DNA of 64,000 nt from contig NC_042997.1 of the NCBI RefSeq assembly GCF_006345805.1, forward strand, positions 207,700,001 to 207,764,000, in the 5' to 3' direction. The notes under the pieces are model-generated. The model did not search any database. It was not told the DNA's origin and was given only the letters and a program-made list of their open reading frames with translations. Positions 1-12,571 of the stretch are shown here, one piece after another. Position 1 is the stretch's first letter. Every line of letters starts with the position of its first letter. The position numbers and the translations under genes were made by a program. The DNA is from Octopus sinensis. Taxonomy: Eukaryota.

Positions 1-71
1 CACAAACGTTATTTCCTTGTCAAAGAAGTGAACTGATTGTTTTTTCATAAATGTATTTCCCTTTTCTACAG

Positions 72-249
72 ATTGAGAGAATTCAAAATAAAACATTGTA
101 CCAGGGATACCAAGCATTGAAAAGAAAGTTTGAGGTAGAAAATCCAAACATTTCAAATGAAGTTGATGGCCTTTGGCATGGTACTGCTGAAGGAGCTGTT
201 GAGGGAATAAATAAATCAGGATTCAACCGTAGCTATTGTGGTAGAAATG
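72..249 (+). CDS. PARP14-like: Gene 1 penultimate exon: PARP catalytic domain, N-terminal half (IERIQN...LWHGT...GFNRSYCGRN)
   Basis: Acceptor cttttctacag|ATT at 71/72 and donor ATG|gtaagt at 249/250; 178 nt, phase 0 to 1. The translation has the IERIQN, HGT and GFNRSY motifs of the PARP14/15 family. Paralogous exon at 61221-61398. Confidence 0.93.
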
Positions 250-1384
250 GTAAGTATATTATAATCAACATCATCATCTACCCACCCTTCCTATTGTCCT
301 GAGCTGGACAGACTGTCACTGTCCACATTGATTGCTGTTTAGAATCCTTTCTCACTCAGAGAGGACAGAGGATGTCATGTTGCTCACACATTCCATGTTT
401 GGCATCGTTTCTACTGCCAGGTCCCCTTCCTAACGTCTTCTGCTCTAGAGTAAACCAGGTGTATTTTATTATTGTGGAACCAACACTTTTACTTGTTTTT
501 CTTGCTGGATTGGGAGGAAGGGTCTGTCCCCATCCATCAATGTTCCTCTTGAACCTTTGTAAATGAAAATATTGCAGGAAAGATAAGAGAAGGGGTGGAA
601 TTCCAGAGGGGTAATGTTATGGGAAAGAAGGAAAAAGTTTAGTGGAGAGTCTGCAAGACTGGACAGAAATATCAACAAGCGAACACCAGGCCTAGCAATC
701 ACCATTCTGAGTTTGTCAATTATAGATATACTGAGATAATCAATACAGTGTTGTTAACTCTCATTGAAATATTCAATGTCTGCTACGGCCTAGAAATTGG
801 TTAAGGGACATTTAATAACTGTACAGAAATCTGATAAACCAGCAGTGGTACCATCACAGAGGTAACTCCATTTAGATATCTCAAATGATCTTCTCTCACT
901 AACTCTTTTATCATCTTTTGGAATTAGATTTTGATGTGTTTGCTGAATATGGATATGGGGTGAGTAGAAGAGTGGTGTTCCACAAAATGCCATCCAAACA
1001 TGTTCAGTGGTAAATATTTGCAGGGGACAGGCTTTTAATAGATCTTTTCTGATAAAGTGTTTGGAACTATTAAATGCTTGCAGAGTTTCAATGACACACA
1101 TCTGTCAACTGACATGGAACTCATTCTGGAAGTTTCTGCTGACATTGCTGGGTACATAATTGGGAGAATTAACCCTGTTTGGACATCTCTAATCTCTATT
1201 GTTATTGTTAGTGACTGCTGTGTGTGTGTGTGTGTGTGTGTGTACACACATACATACAGGTCATTAAGAATGAAATGTTCACTTTTGAACTGTAAGTTTA
1301 TTTTACTTTATCTCAAAAAATGCAATGCAGCTAATCAAAGTATGCACCTAAATTATCAACACAATTTTGCCATTTTATTGGTAG

Positions 1385-2300
1385 CTTATTTATGCTGGCA
1401 TCAAAGAATTCTGGAGAGCAAGAGGTGATGAAATCACAAAAGGCTGTTTTTACATCTTCTTCAGATTTTAAGTTTTTTCCAATGCAAAAAAGTTGTCTAA
1501 TGCCTGGAAAATGTGATATTCAGTTGGTGCAAGGTCTGGTGAATATGGTGGATGACAGAGTACTTCCAAGTTCCATTCCTGTAACTTGAGTAGTGTTCTT
1601 TGTGCAACATGTGGTCAAGTATTTTCTGGCAAGAGAATTGGCCTGTCTCTTTTGTCCAATCTCAGTTGTTTAATTGCAAGTTCACCCATCATTTCATCCA
1701 GTTGGTTGATGTATACATCCACTGTAATTGACTCATGAAGCTGTAGTAGATGACACCAGTGCTGGACCAACAAACAGATTCCATTACCTATTTTTGATGA
1801 ATATTTCTTTCTTGGGTTGTGTTTTGGCACTTCGTCTCTATCCAACCTTTGTGCAAAAACACTTGCTGTTGTTGAAAAGAATCTAATTTTTTATGACACG
1901 TAACAACACAATGCAAAAATGGTTGGCTTTTATGCCGTGACAACAAAGAACAGCAAATTTCAAGATGGCATGTCATTTGATGCTCGTTCAGTTTGTGTGG
2001 TACCTGCTTGTCCAGCTTCTTTACCTTGCCAATTTGTTTCAGTTGGTCCAATGCAGTTGGAATTGAAACATCAAACCTTGCTGCTAACTCACGCGTAGTT
2101 TGAGATGTATCCGCTTCCACTAGTTTCCAGCTCATCATTATCCACCTTGGTCTCAGGTCTACCATGGGGCTGATTTTCAAGAGTAAAGTCACCAGACCGG
2201 AACTTCTCAAATGTACAGTGCACTCATTTGCCACATCTTTACCAAACACCCCCATTGATGTTTCAAGCTGTCTGAGATAAATTGGTTCCATGACAGAACT
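1385..2300 (-). mobile_element. Degenerate mariner (Mos1/SETMAR-type) transposase relic
   Basis: Minus-strand frames contain TTRELAARFDVS (HTH), KQVPHKL (degenerate WVPHEL), FLHCVVT and LEVLCHPPYSPDLAPT (YSPDLAP motif, about 1525-1575). Frameshifted; boundaries approximate. Confidence 0.85.
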
Positions 2301-3134
2301 CGTATTCATAAACAACTCAAATTTTTGATCTGTCCATGGGTTCACAATAATTGATTTACAAGAGAAAACTCACAATATAATCAGATACCACGAACTGCAT
2401 TTCAGAAAGTGAATAAGTAACTCTTCAATGTTGTAAAACAAAGAATTGTCAGGATAAAACATTAGAGTTAATGACTGTCAAACTTGGTGCATAAGAAAAC
2501 CAGACATTCCATTCTTAATGACCTGTCCTTGATATATATATATATATTGTGTTATGTTGAATCTCCCTCAGAACTGTGTTAAGGGCACACATGTCTGTGG
2601 AGTGCTCAGCCACTTGCACATTAATTTCACTGGCAGGCTGTTCCACTGATCAGATCAACTGGAACCCTTGTTATTAAAAATACCAGTGCCATGGCTGAGT
2701 AGTTAAGGTAATTGGCTGCTAATCTGCCCATGAGTTCAAATCTCATCCTTGTCAATTACATTTTGCCTCAGGGAGGCAGTGAAAAGTGACCAACACCTTT
2801 GGCAATATACCATGCTTAAGAAGATCTGTCAAGCCAAGTAAGATCGCAGTTGTGGCCAATGCCAGTGTGTCATAAGTGGCACCTGTACCGGTGGCACATA
2901 AAAAGCACCCACTATACTCTTGGCCTGGTTGGCGTTAGTAAGGGCATCCAGCTGTATGAACCATGGCAGATCAGATTGGAACCTGGTGCAGCTCCCCAGC
3001 TTACCAGGTTTCAGTCAAACCGTCCAAAAACAGACATGAAATGATGATATTTATGTAATACCCACCTCTTTCTAGACTTTTAAGACTTTCAGTTCTACCA
3101 TTCATTTTAAATAAATATAAGCACATATATATAT

Positions 3135-6100
3135 CATCATCATCATCGTCGTCGTTTAACGTCCGTTCTCCATGCTAGCATGGGTTGGATGGTTCGACCG
3201 GGGTTCTGGGAAGCCAGAAGGCTGCACCAGGCTCCAGTCTAATTTGGCAATGTTTCTACAGCTGGATGCCCTTCCTAACGCCAACCACTCCGTGAGTGTA
3301 GTGGGTGCTTTTTACGTGCCACCTGCACAGGTGCCAGGCGGGGCTGGCAACGGCCACGGTCAGATTGGTGTATTTTATGTGCCACCGGCACGGAAGCCAG
3401 TCAAGGCGGTGCTGGCATCGGCCACGAGTCGGATAGTGCTTTTTACGTACCACCAGACCAGGGATCCTGGCTGGTTCAATTCGATTTCGATTTCGCTTGC
3501 CCCAACATGTCTTCACAAGCAAAGGGGGTTGGCATGGGTGCCTGTCGTACGGTCGCATTGGAGTATTTTACGTGCCCCAGCCACGAGTCGGATAGTGCTT
3601 TTTACGTACCACCAGGCCAGGGATCCTGGCTGGTTCAATTCGGTTTCGATTTCGATTTCACTTGCCCCAACATGTCTTCGCAAGCATGGGGGGTTGGCAT
3701 GGGTGTCTGTCGTCGGATGAGGTTCTATATCGACTTCGCTTGCCTCAACCGGTCTTTGTGTCCAAGGGAGGAAAGGCATTCATAAGTGGGCTGGGCTCAC
3801 TTGTCCTGCCTGGTCTTCTCACGTACAGAATATTTCCAGAGGTCTCGGTCTCTGGTCATTTCCTCAGTGAGGCCTAAAGTTCGAAGGTCGTGCTTCACCA
3901 CCTCGTCCCAGGTTTCCTGGGTCTACCTCTTCCACGGGTTCCCTCAACTGCTAGGGATTGGCACTTTCTCACACACCTATCTTCATCCATTCTCGCCACA
4001 TGACCATACCAGCGCAATCGTCTCTCTTGCACACCACAACTGATGCTTCTTAGGTACAACATTTCTCTCAAGGTGCTAACGCTCTGTCGAGTATGTACAC
4101 TGACATTACACATCCATCGGAGCATACTGGCTTCATTCCTCACGAGCTTACGCATGTCCTCAGCAGTCACGGCCCATGTTTCGCTGCCATGTAGCATGGC
4201 TGTTCGTACACACGCATCATACAGTCTGCCTTTACTCTGAGCAAGAGGCCTTTAGTCACCAGCAGAGGTAAGAGCTCCCTAAACTTTGCCCAGGCTATTC
4301 TTATTCTAGCAGTTACACTTTCAGCGCACCCACCCCCACTACTGACTTGGTCACCTAGATAACGGAAGCTATCAACTACTTCTAGTTTTTCCCCCTGGAA
4401 AGTGACGGAAGTTGTTTTCTGCAGATTTTCGGAGGTTAATGCTCCCGAGCATCTGCCACATACAAAAACTATCTTCTTAGTTAGCCTACCTTTGACATTG
4501 CTGCACCTCTTATGTGTCCATAGCTTACACTGGGTACATCTTATAGAGTTTCTACCTACACCTTTTCTACAGATCGAGCAGGGCCATCTTCCTGAAGATA
4601 TTTGTGGATTGTCTACCTTTCTACTTATTAGTACTTTGGTTTTAGCTAGGTTGACTCTAAGGCCCCTTGATTCTAAACCCTCCTTCCACACCTGGAACTT
4701 CTCCTCCAGTTCTGATAGTGACTCAGCAATAAGAGCAAGGTCGTCAGCGTAGAGGAGCTCCCAGGGACAGCCTGTCTTGAATTCCTCCGTAATTGCCTGG
4801 AGTATTATGATAAATAGGAGGGGGCTGAGTACTGAACCCTGGTGGACCCCAACCTCTACTTTGAATTCTTCTGTGTACATGTTGCCAACCCTAACCTTAC
4901 TTACGGCATCTCTGTACATGGCTTGCACAGTCCTCACCAGCCATTCATCTATCCCTAGTTTCCTCATTGACCACCAGATAAGGGATCGGGGGACCCTATC
5001 AAAAGCTTTCTCCATGTCAACGAAAGCCAGGTACAAGGGCTTATCTTTGGCTAGGTATTTCTCCTGCAGCTGCCTTACCAGGAATATAGCATCAGTGGTA
5101 CTTTTCCCTGGCACGAACCCAAACTGCATCTCATCTAAACTAACTCTCTCTCTAATTAGTTGGGCTATGACCCTCTCCGTAACCTTCATTACTTGATCCA
5201 ACAGCTTGATACCTCTGTAATTATTTGTATCTAGGGCATCACCTTTACCTTTGTAGCAGTTGACTAGTATGCTGCTGCACCAGTCATTGGGTATGACTCC
5301 TTCGTGTATCACCTGGTTGACTATACGGGTGACTAGGTTATAGCCGACACTGCCAGATATTTTGAGCATCTCTGCAGTAATTCCTGATGGGCCTGGGGCT
5401 TTCCCTGTCTTCATGCTTCTAATTGCCTTAGCTACCACGGAACTATCAACTCGGATAGCTGGACCCTCTGTAGGGTCAACATTCGGCAGACTCTCTTTAT
5501 CCCATTCATTTTCCTCATTCAGTAACTTTCATAGTGTGGCGTCTCCAAGCTTCTCTCTTTGCATCCTCATTTAGCGCAAGTGAACCATCCTCCATGCGAA
5601 CACATTTCTCTCCTACCACATCACGATTCTCTCTCACACACTGTCTTGCAACACGAAATACCTCAAGTCTTTCATCCTCAAGGCGCAGGACATTGGCAAA
5701 TTTTCTCTTATCTGCTTCCCCTCTGGCTAGATAGACCTGTCTCCTAGCTTCCCTTCTGGCAGTCTGATACCCTTCCCTGCTACCACCGTTCTTCCAGGCC
5801 TTCCAAGCCTGTTTCTTTTGTCTAATAGCCCTGTCAACAATATTGTTCCACCACCACGTTATTTTGGGTCTTAAGGGGACTTTGCACCAGCCACAGATCT
5901 GGTCAGCGGCTTTCAGCAGGTTGTCCCTCAGAAACGTCCAGTTGTCTTCTACCCCATGTGTAGCTATACCCCCTTCCACTTCGTCAAGGCTTCAAGTAAC
6001 ATATCTCTAAATCTCTGTCCATTCGCAGGGGCTTTAAGCTTCCAGACCCTTCTTCTCCATGTTGGTCGTCTTCTAGTCGCCCTCTTAGTCCTGATCCTAA

Positions 6101-7062
6101 AGTCACTAACTACCAGTCTATGTTGTGGGGTGCATTCTTCGCCTGGGAAGGTTTTGGCATTTTTAAGCAGCCATCTTTCCCTTTTTCTGGCAAGGATGTA
6201 GTCGATTTGGCTAGTATGCCGGCCCGATCGGTAGGTGACCAGGTGGCTTGTTGGTTTCCTGAAGTTAGTGTTGCAGACCATAAGACTATTCGCATCGCAG
6301 AACTCCAGCAGCCTGGTTCCCTCCTCGTTGCGGGAACCATAACCGTAGCCTCCATGTACGCCATGGAAGCCCCCAGCATGTCGTCCAACATGCCCATTGA
6401 AATCACCAGCCACAAAGAGAAGGTCCTGTCGTTCGTCGATGAGGTGGTCTGCAGTAGGGTGTCATAGAAACTGTCTTTCTGTCCATCGGGTAGCCCTGGC
6501 TGAGGGGCATAGGCCGATATAATGGTTGCTAATCTATTATGAAGCACTATTCTAATCTTAAGTATTCTGTCACTTACTCTGATTACCTCAATTACTCTAT
6601 CTATCCATTTCTCAGTGATAAGTATACCCACGCCACCAACCCCGTCAGTGTTCCCTGCCCAGAAAATCTTGTACCTGTGTTCCTTGCCTGTGAGGACCCT
6701 AGCAGATCCTCCTCTCCACCCTATTTCTTGCATACAACATACATCAACACGTCTCCGTTCAAGCATCTCGACTATCTCGCCAGACCTACCTTTCAATGTG
6801 CCAACGTTGAGGGTGCCCACCCTGAGGGTGTGGGAGGTGTGGGCCTCTGAGACCCTGGGATGAGGGGCCGCAGTGTTATGTACCTGAAAAGAAAGCTTGC
6901 ATTTGCCAGATATCATACTGAGACTCTAGACTACAACCTGCATAAATTTCAAAGTTTTTGCGCTATATGATCACAATAAACCCTACATAGGGGTGCGGGG
7001 AGGGGTCAAGAAAGATAGAAAACAGAAACTTCCGGTTCTGGTGGGAGGGCGGGGTCACCTCC
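3135..7062 (-). mobile_element. Near full-length RTE-clade LINE (APE endonuclease + RT), frameshifted
   Basis: ORF 6110-6916 has TLNVGTL, VCCMQE and ISAYAPQ (APE). ORF 4167-5438 has FVDMEKAFDRV, GVHQGSVLSPLLF and YADDL (RT). The 3' UTR ends in a (CAT)n/(GAT)n tail at about 3135-3155. Confidence 0.95.
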
Positions 7063-8256
7063 AAGGAACAACAGGTTTTAAGTTAATACGTAGGGAATTT
7101 TCTGCGACAGAAATTACTGAACATCTAGAAACTTCGGGGTTCGATTAAAACATAATATAAATAGGAGAGAGAGAGAGAATATTGTAGTGAATTCTGGGGA
7201 TGGAATAACAACGGGATGACACTGAAATTAAAGGAGGAATTTAAAATGCATGACAGACAGGAAGCCATGCATACAAGATGGCGAAATAAATAATAGAGAA
7301 ACGGGATTTAGAGTTACGAATCAACGCTTAAAAAATGAATATGAATGACAGGTTGTAAGTTAAATTCGCTTAGCTGGTCATTTTTCGAGTCAGTGTTTTG
7401 TCAGCAAGATGTAGAATCGAGAAGAGGGACGAGATAAATCGAACACTGCTTTATAAAGAGTTAGGGATTGGGGGGGGGGGGATTATCAGGTGGAAGCATG
7501 AGGAAAGAGAGAGGGGGGAAGGAAAGAGAGAGAGAGCTAAGGAACAACAGGTTTAATTCGTAAGGAATTTCTGCAACAGAAATTACTGAACATCTAGAAA
7601 CTTCGGGGTTCGAGAAGAATGTAATATAAATAAGAGAGAGAGAAAATATTTCGTAGGGAATTTAGGGTATCTTTGGGGAAAGGAATAACGTCGAAGGAAC
7701 AACAGGTTTTAAGTTAATACGTAGGGAATTTTCTGCAACAGAAATTACTGAACATCTAGGAACTTCGGGGTTCGAGAAGAACGTAATATAAATAAGAGAG
7801 AGAGAAAATATTTCGTAGGGAATTTAGGGTATCTTTGGGGAAAGAATAACGACGAAGGAACAACAGGTTTTAAGTTAATACGTAGGGAATTTTCTGCGAC
7901 AGAAATTACTGAACATCTAGAAACTTCGGGGTTCGAGAAGAACGTAATATAAATAAGAGAGAGAGAAAAAATTTCGTAGGGAATTTAGGGTATCTTTGGG
8001 GAAAGGAATAACGACGAAGGAACAACAGGTTTTAAGTTAATACGTAGGGAATTTTCTGCGACAGAAATTACTGAACATCTAGAAACTTCGGGGTTCGATT
8101 AAAACATAATATAAATAGGAGAGAGAGAGAGAATATTGTAGTGAATTCTGGGGATGGAATAACAACGGGATGACACTGAAATTAAAGGAGGAATTTAAAA
8201 TGCATGACAGACAGGAAGCCATGCATACAAGATGGCGAAATAAATAATAGAGAAAC

Positions 8257-8257
<1 letters not shown>
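7063..8257 (-). repeat. Composite repeat abutting the LINE 5' end: two identical 241-bp direct repeats enclosing three ~160-bp monomers
   Basis: aaggaacaacagg starts at 7063, 7539, 7694, 7855 and 8017. Segments 7063-7303 and 8017-8257 are identical by eye. Confidence 0.9.
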
Positions 8258-8333
<76 letters not shown>

Positions 8334-8337
<4 letters not shown>

Positions 8338-8688
8338 CATAAAAAACACCATCCGAGCGTGGCCGTCTGCCAGCCTCGTCTGGCACCTGTGTCGGTGGCA
8401 CATAAAAAAACCATCCGAGCGTGGCCGTCTGCCAGCCTCGTCTGGCACCTGTGTCGGTGGCACATAAAAAACACCATCCGAGCGTGGCCGTTTGCCAGCC
8501 TCGTCTGGCACCTGTGTCGGTGGCACATAAAATCACCCACTACACTCTCGGAGTGGTTGGCGTTAGGAAGGGCATCCAGCTGTAGAAACACTGCCAGATC
8601 TGACTGGACTGGTGCAGCTTTCAGGCTCCCAGACCCCAGTTGAACCGTCCAACCCATGCTAGCATGGAAAGCGGACGTTAAATGATGA
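8334..8688 (+). mobile_element. RTE 3'-UTR/tail-only copy with three ~63-bp internal repeats
   Basis: ggcacataaaa units at 8334, 8397, 8459 and 8522, then the shared tail cacccactacactc...gaagggcatccagctgtagaaac...ggacgttaaatgatga. Confidence 0.85.
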
Positions 8689-9623
8689 TAGCGCATAGCC
8701 CGGCGTTGCCCGAATATGTAAGAGCCTCTAGTAGGCAACGACTAATCCCAATCTAGTCCTTTCCCTCTAGGGAACGAAGGTGCATGTGTAGGTTGCAATG
8801 TCTTCTCTTCACTGGAATACTTCTGTATATACGATGTTCCTAGCTGTCCCTTTGGGCGAAAACATGAAAACATCATTGTGCCTCGCAACACGTGAACAGC
8901 CCACGTAGAGTTGACCGTGGGCGAAGCACTGTTCACCCAACTGTAACCCAGCGACTTATAGCGTTTGGCCTTGGGATTTATTGATGGACATTGCGAAGCA
9001 GAGTTTAACAGGAGACTGAGAACGTCTGAAGTGGATTGGTAGGTCAGCGCCCGACGGTTGAAGGTGCATGCGTGGAATGAAGACGTCCTCTCCCTTCCCA
9101 CAACGGGTAAGTATTGTGGCCGTCATTAAATGTGGTGGCAAATGTTTCACAACCAGACGTGTGCTGTTGCACTGTTTAGCTGGAACCAAATTCCTGATGA
9201 GCATAATGGGCGCACCGACTTTTAACTTCAGGATGTGTGGCGGCAGGCCTGGCGGTTCAAGTGAATTCAGGAATTCAATAGGATAATCGGCAAGCTCGGC
9301 GGGGTCTGCTGTCCTATCAATAGATTTGTAGACGTGGACATCACCAGGAATAGCTTCAAGTAGCTGGATATTGATGGAGTTGAGAGTTAAAAAGGTCGAG
9401 TTGCGTCCCCTAGGCAGTTTGTGTTTCTGATTCTCGACCCCATGTCGAATTTATCATTTTTTTCAGAACTGGGGGAACTTTTCAAAATTTTCGCTGTGTT
9501 AGTTTTGAATTATGACATTGGGCTATGTGTGTGTCAAGTTTCATCAGAATCAGTTGAAAGCCGTGGTCAGGGTGAGGGTACAACCTGACAGACACACAGA
9601 CAGACAAGCTGCTGTTTATATAG

Positions 9624-9624
<1 letters not shown>
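8689..9624 (-). mobile_element. Internally deleted Helitron carrying a PIF1-type helicase fragment
   Basis: Minus frame MLIRNL..CNSTRLVV..VFIPRMHLQPS..FAMSINKSQGQTL matches Helitron helicase motifs. 5' end TC at 9624; 3' hairpin (gcccggcgttgcccg on +) at about 8697-8711. The 5' ~240 bp are shared with 10560-10810. Confidence 0.85.
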
Positions 9625-9654
<30 letters not shown>

Positions 9655-9714
9655 TATATATATATAACATACACACACACATATATATATATATATATAC
9701 ATACACACACACAC

Positions 9715-9746
<32 letters not shown>

Positions 9747-9754
9747 ATACATAT

Positions 9755-10104
9755 AGGAGTGGCTGTGTGGTAAGTAGCTTGCTAACCAACCACACGGTTG
9801 CGGGTTCAGTCCCACTGCATGGCATCTTGGGCAAGTGTCTTCTGCTATAGCCCCGGGCCGACCAATGCCTTGTGAGTGGATTTGGTAGACGGAAACTGAG
9901 AGAAGCCTGTCGTATATATGTATATGTGTGTGTGTTTGTGTGTCTGTGTTTGTCCCCCTGGCATTGCTTGACAGCCGATGCTGGGTGTGTTTACGTCCCC
10001 GTCACTTAGCGGTTCGGCAAAAAGAGACCGATAGAGTAAGTACTAAAAGGTGGTGCTCCAGCATGACTGCAGTCAAATGACTGAAACAAGTAAAAGAGTA
10101 AGAG

Positions 10105-10106
<2 letters not shown>
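9755..10106 (+). mobile_element. tRNA-derived SINE (abundant octopod-type family)
   Basis: A-box-like tggctgtgtgg, B-box ggttcagtcc, body ggcatcttgggcaagtgtcttc..., tail gactgaaacaagtaaaagagta. Homologous to 12572 and 31343. Confidence 0.85.
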
Positions 10107-10193
<87 letters not shown>

Positions 10194-10440
10194 GTGTTTT
10201 ACTCTTTATCTTTTAAAAACTTTTAATACTTTTGATATATATTTAAAATAATATAAATTAAATTAATTTTATGTATTGGCTTATGTTTTTCACTGTTTTG
10301 ATTTGCCTAATAGTGGTTTTATCTCTAATTTAATATATATAATATATTATACTATAAAAATTGGATTTAATCCTAAATCTGATTTTTCCCTGTAAGTTTT
10401 CTCTAATATTTTATTACATATATTTTATTACATATATATA

Positions 10441-10805
10441 CTAGCAGTATCGCCCGGCGTTGCTCAGGTTTGTAAGGGAAATAACTATAAAGCATTTTTA
10501 GAGAGTTATAGCCAATAAATAGCAAAAAAATGATGGTAAATTTTTTTTTTGAGTTAAAAAAGGTTGAGTTGCGTCCCCTAGACAGTCTGTGGTTTGTTTC
10601 TGATTCTCGACCCCATGTCGATTTTATCGATTTTTTTCAGAACTGGGGGAACTTTTCAAAATTTTTCGTGCGTTAGTTTTGAATTATGACATTGGGCTAT
10701 GTGTGTGTCAAGTTTCATCAGAATCGGTTGAAAGCCGTGGTCAGGGTGAGGGTACAAGCAAACAGACACACAGAAACACGCACAGACAAACTGCCGTTTA
10801 TATAT

Positions 10806-10810
<5 letters not shown>
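10441..10810 (-). mobile_element. Non-autonomous Helitron (370 bp)
   Basis: Minus strand begins TC, ends with a GC-rich hairpin followed by CTAG, and sits between A and T with no TSD. Confidence 0.85.
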
Positions 10811-10896
<86 letters not shown>

Positions 10897-11178
10897 CATA
10901 TATATATACACATATATATACATATATATACACATATATATACATATATATACACATATATATACATATATATACACATATATATACATATATATATACA
11001 TATATATACATATATATACATATATATATACACATATATATACATATATATACATATATATATACACATATATATACATATATATATACACATATATACA
11101 CACATATATATACATATATATATACATATATATACATATATATATACATAATACATATATATATACATATATATATAC

Positions 11179-11209
<31 letters not shown>

Positions 11210-11210
11210 C

Positions 11211-11243
<33 letters not shown>

Positions 11244-11244
11244 C

Positions 11245-11291
<47 letters not shown>

Positions 11292-11307
11292 CATCTATAT
11301 ATACATA

Positions 11308-11338
<31 letters not shown>

Positions 11339-11369
11339 GCATATACATATATATGCATATACATATATA

Positions 11370-11410
<41 letters not shown>

Positions 11411-11932
11411 GCATATATATATACATGCATATATATATACATGCATATATACATGCATATATACATGTATATATACATACATATACATACATATACATAC
11501 ATATACATACATGTACATATATACATGTACATACATGTACATATATACATGTACATATATATACATATATATATACATATGTGTATACATATATATATGT
11601 ACATATATATATATATACATATATGTATACATATATGTATACATATATATATATGTACATATATATCTATACGTATATATGTATACGTATATATGTATAC
11701 GTATATATGTATACGTGTATATGTATACGTGTATATGTATACGTGTATATGTGTATACGTGTATATGTATACGTGTATATGTATACGTGTATATGTGTAT
11801 ACGTGTATATGTATACGTGTATATGTGTATACGTGTATGTGTATACGTGTATATGTATACGTGTATATGTATACGTGTATATGTATACGTGTATATATAC
11901 GTGTATATATATGTGTGTATATATATATATAT
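10811..11932. repeat. ~1.1-kb compound (TA)n/(TATACA)n/(TACGTG)n microsatellite
   Basis: Directly visible; source of the spurious YI/YM-rich ORFs. Confidence 0.97.
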
Positions 11933-11969
11933 ATTATATCAAATTAGAGACCCTAAAGATATATATATA

Positions 11970-12570
11970 TATATAAAATCAAACCAAATCAAATCAGATA
12001 TCAGAAAGCAGAACCAAAATCGAAGCCGATCAACATCAATGGAAATTGCAGCTGTGATACCAGTGCCGGTGACAAATAAGCGAACCATCCAATCATGGCC
12101 GTTGCCAGCGCCGCCCCGACTGGCCTCCGTGCCGGTGGCACGTAAAAAGCACCATCCGTTCGTGGCTATTGCCAGCCCCGCCTGGCCCCCGTGCCGGTGG
12201 CACGTAAAAACCACTATCCGTTCGTGGCTGTTGCCAGCCCCGCCTGGCCCCCGTGCCGGTGGCATGTAAAAACCACTATCCGTTCGTGGCTGTTGCCAGC
12301 TCCGCCTGGCCCCCGTGCCGGTGGCACGTAAAAACCACTATCCGTCCGTGGCCGTTTGCCAGCTCCGTCTGGTACCTGTGCGGGTGGCACGTAAAAAGCA
12401 CCCACTACACTCACGGAGTGGTTGGTGTTAGGAAGGGCATCCAGCTGTAGAAACACTGCCAGATCTGACTGGGCCTGATGCAGCCTTCTGGCTTCACAGA
12501 CCCCAGTTGAACCGTCCAACCCATGCTAGCATGGAAGGCGGACGCTAAATGATGATGATGATGATGATGA
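11970..12570 (+). mobile_element. RTE 3'-UTR/tail-only copy with ~5 internal gccggtggcacgtaaaaa repeats
   Basis: Same tail as 3135-3780 (reverse) and 47220-47598; ends in (GAT)n. Confidence 0.85.
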
Positions 12571-12571
12571 C

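Noticed and set aside
51-302. ORFs MYFPFLQIERIQN... (also 61200-61478) as stand-alone genes
   Set aside because: ATG and stop lie in intronic sequence around a GT-AG-bounded exon.
4402-5196. Plus-strand ORFs overlapping the RTE (and similar ones at 15988, 62695 and 63130)
   Set aside because: Antisense shadows of RT coding sequence with no independent motifs.
8079-11976. Long ORFs rich in YI/YM/CI (up to 527 aa)
   Set aside because: Translations of (TA)n-type microsatellites, which lack stops in several frames.
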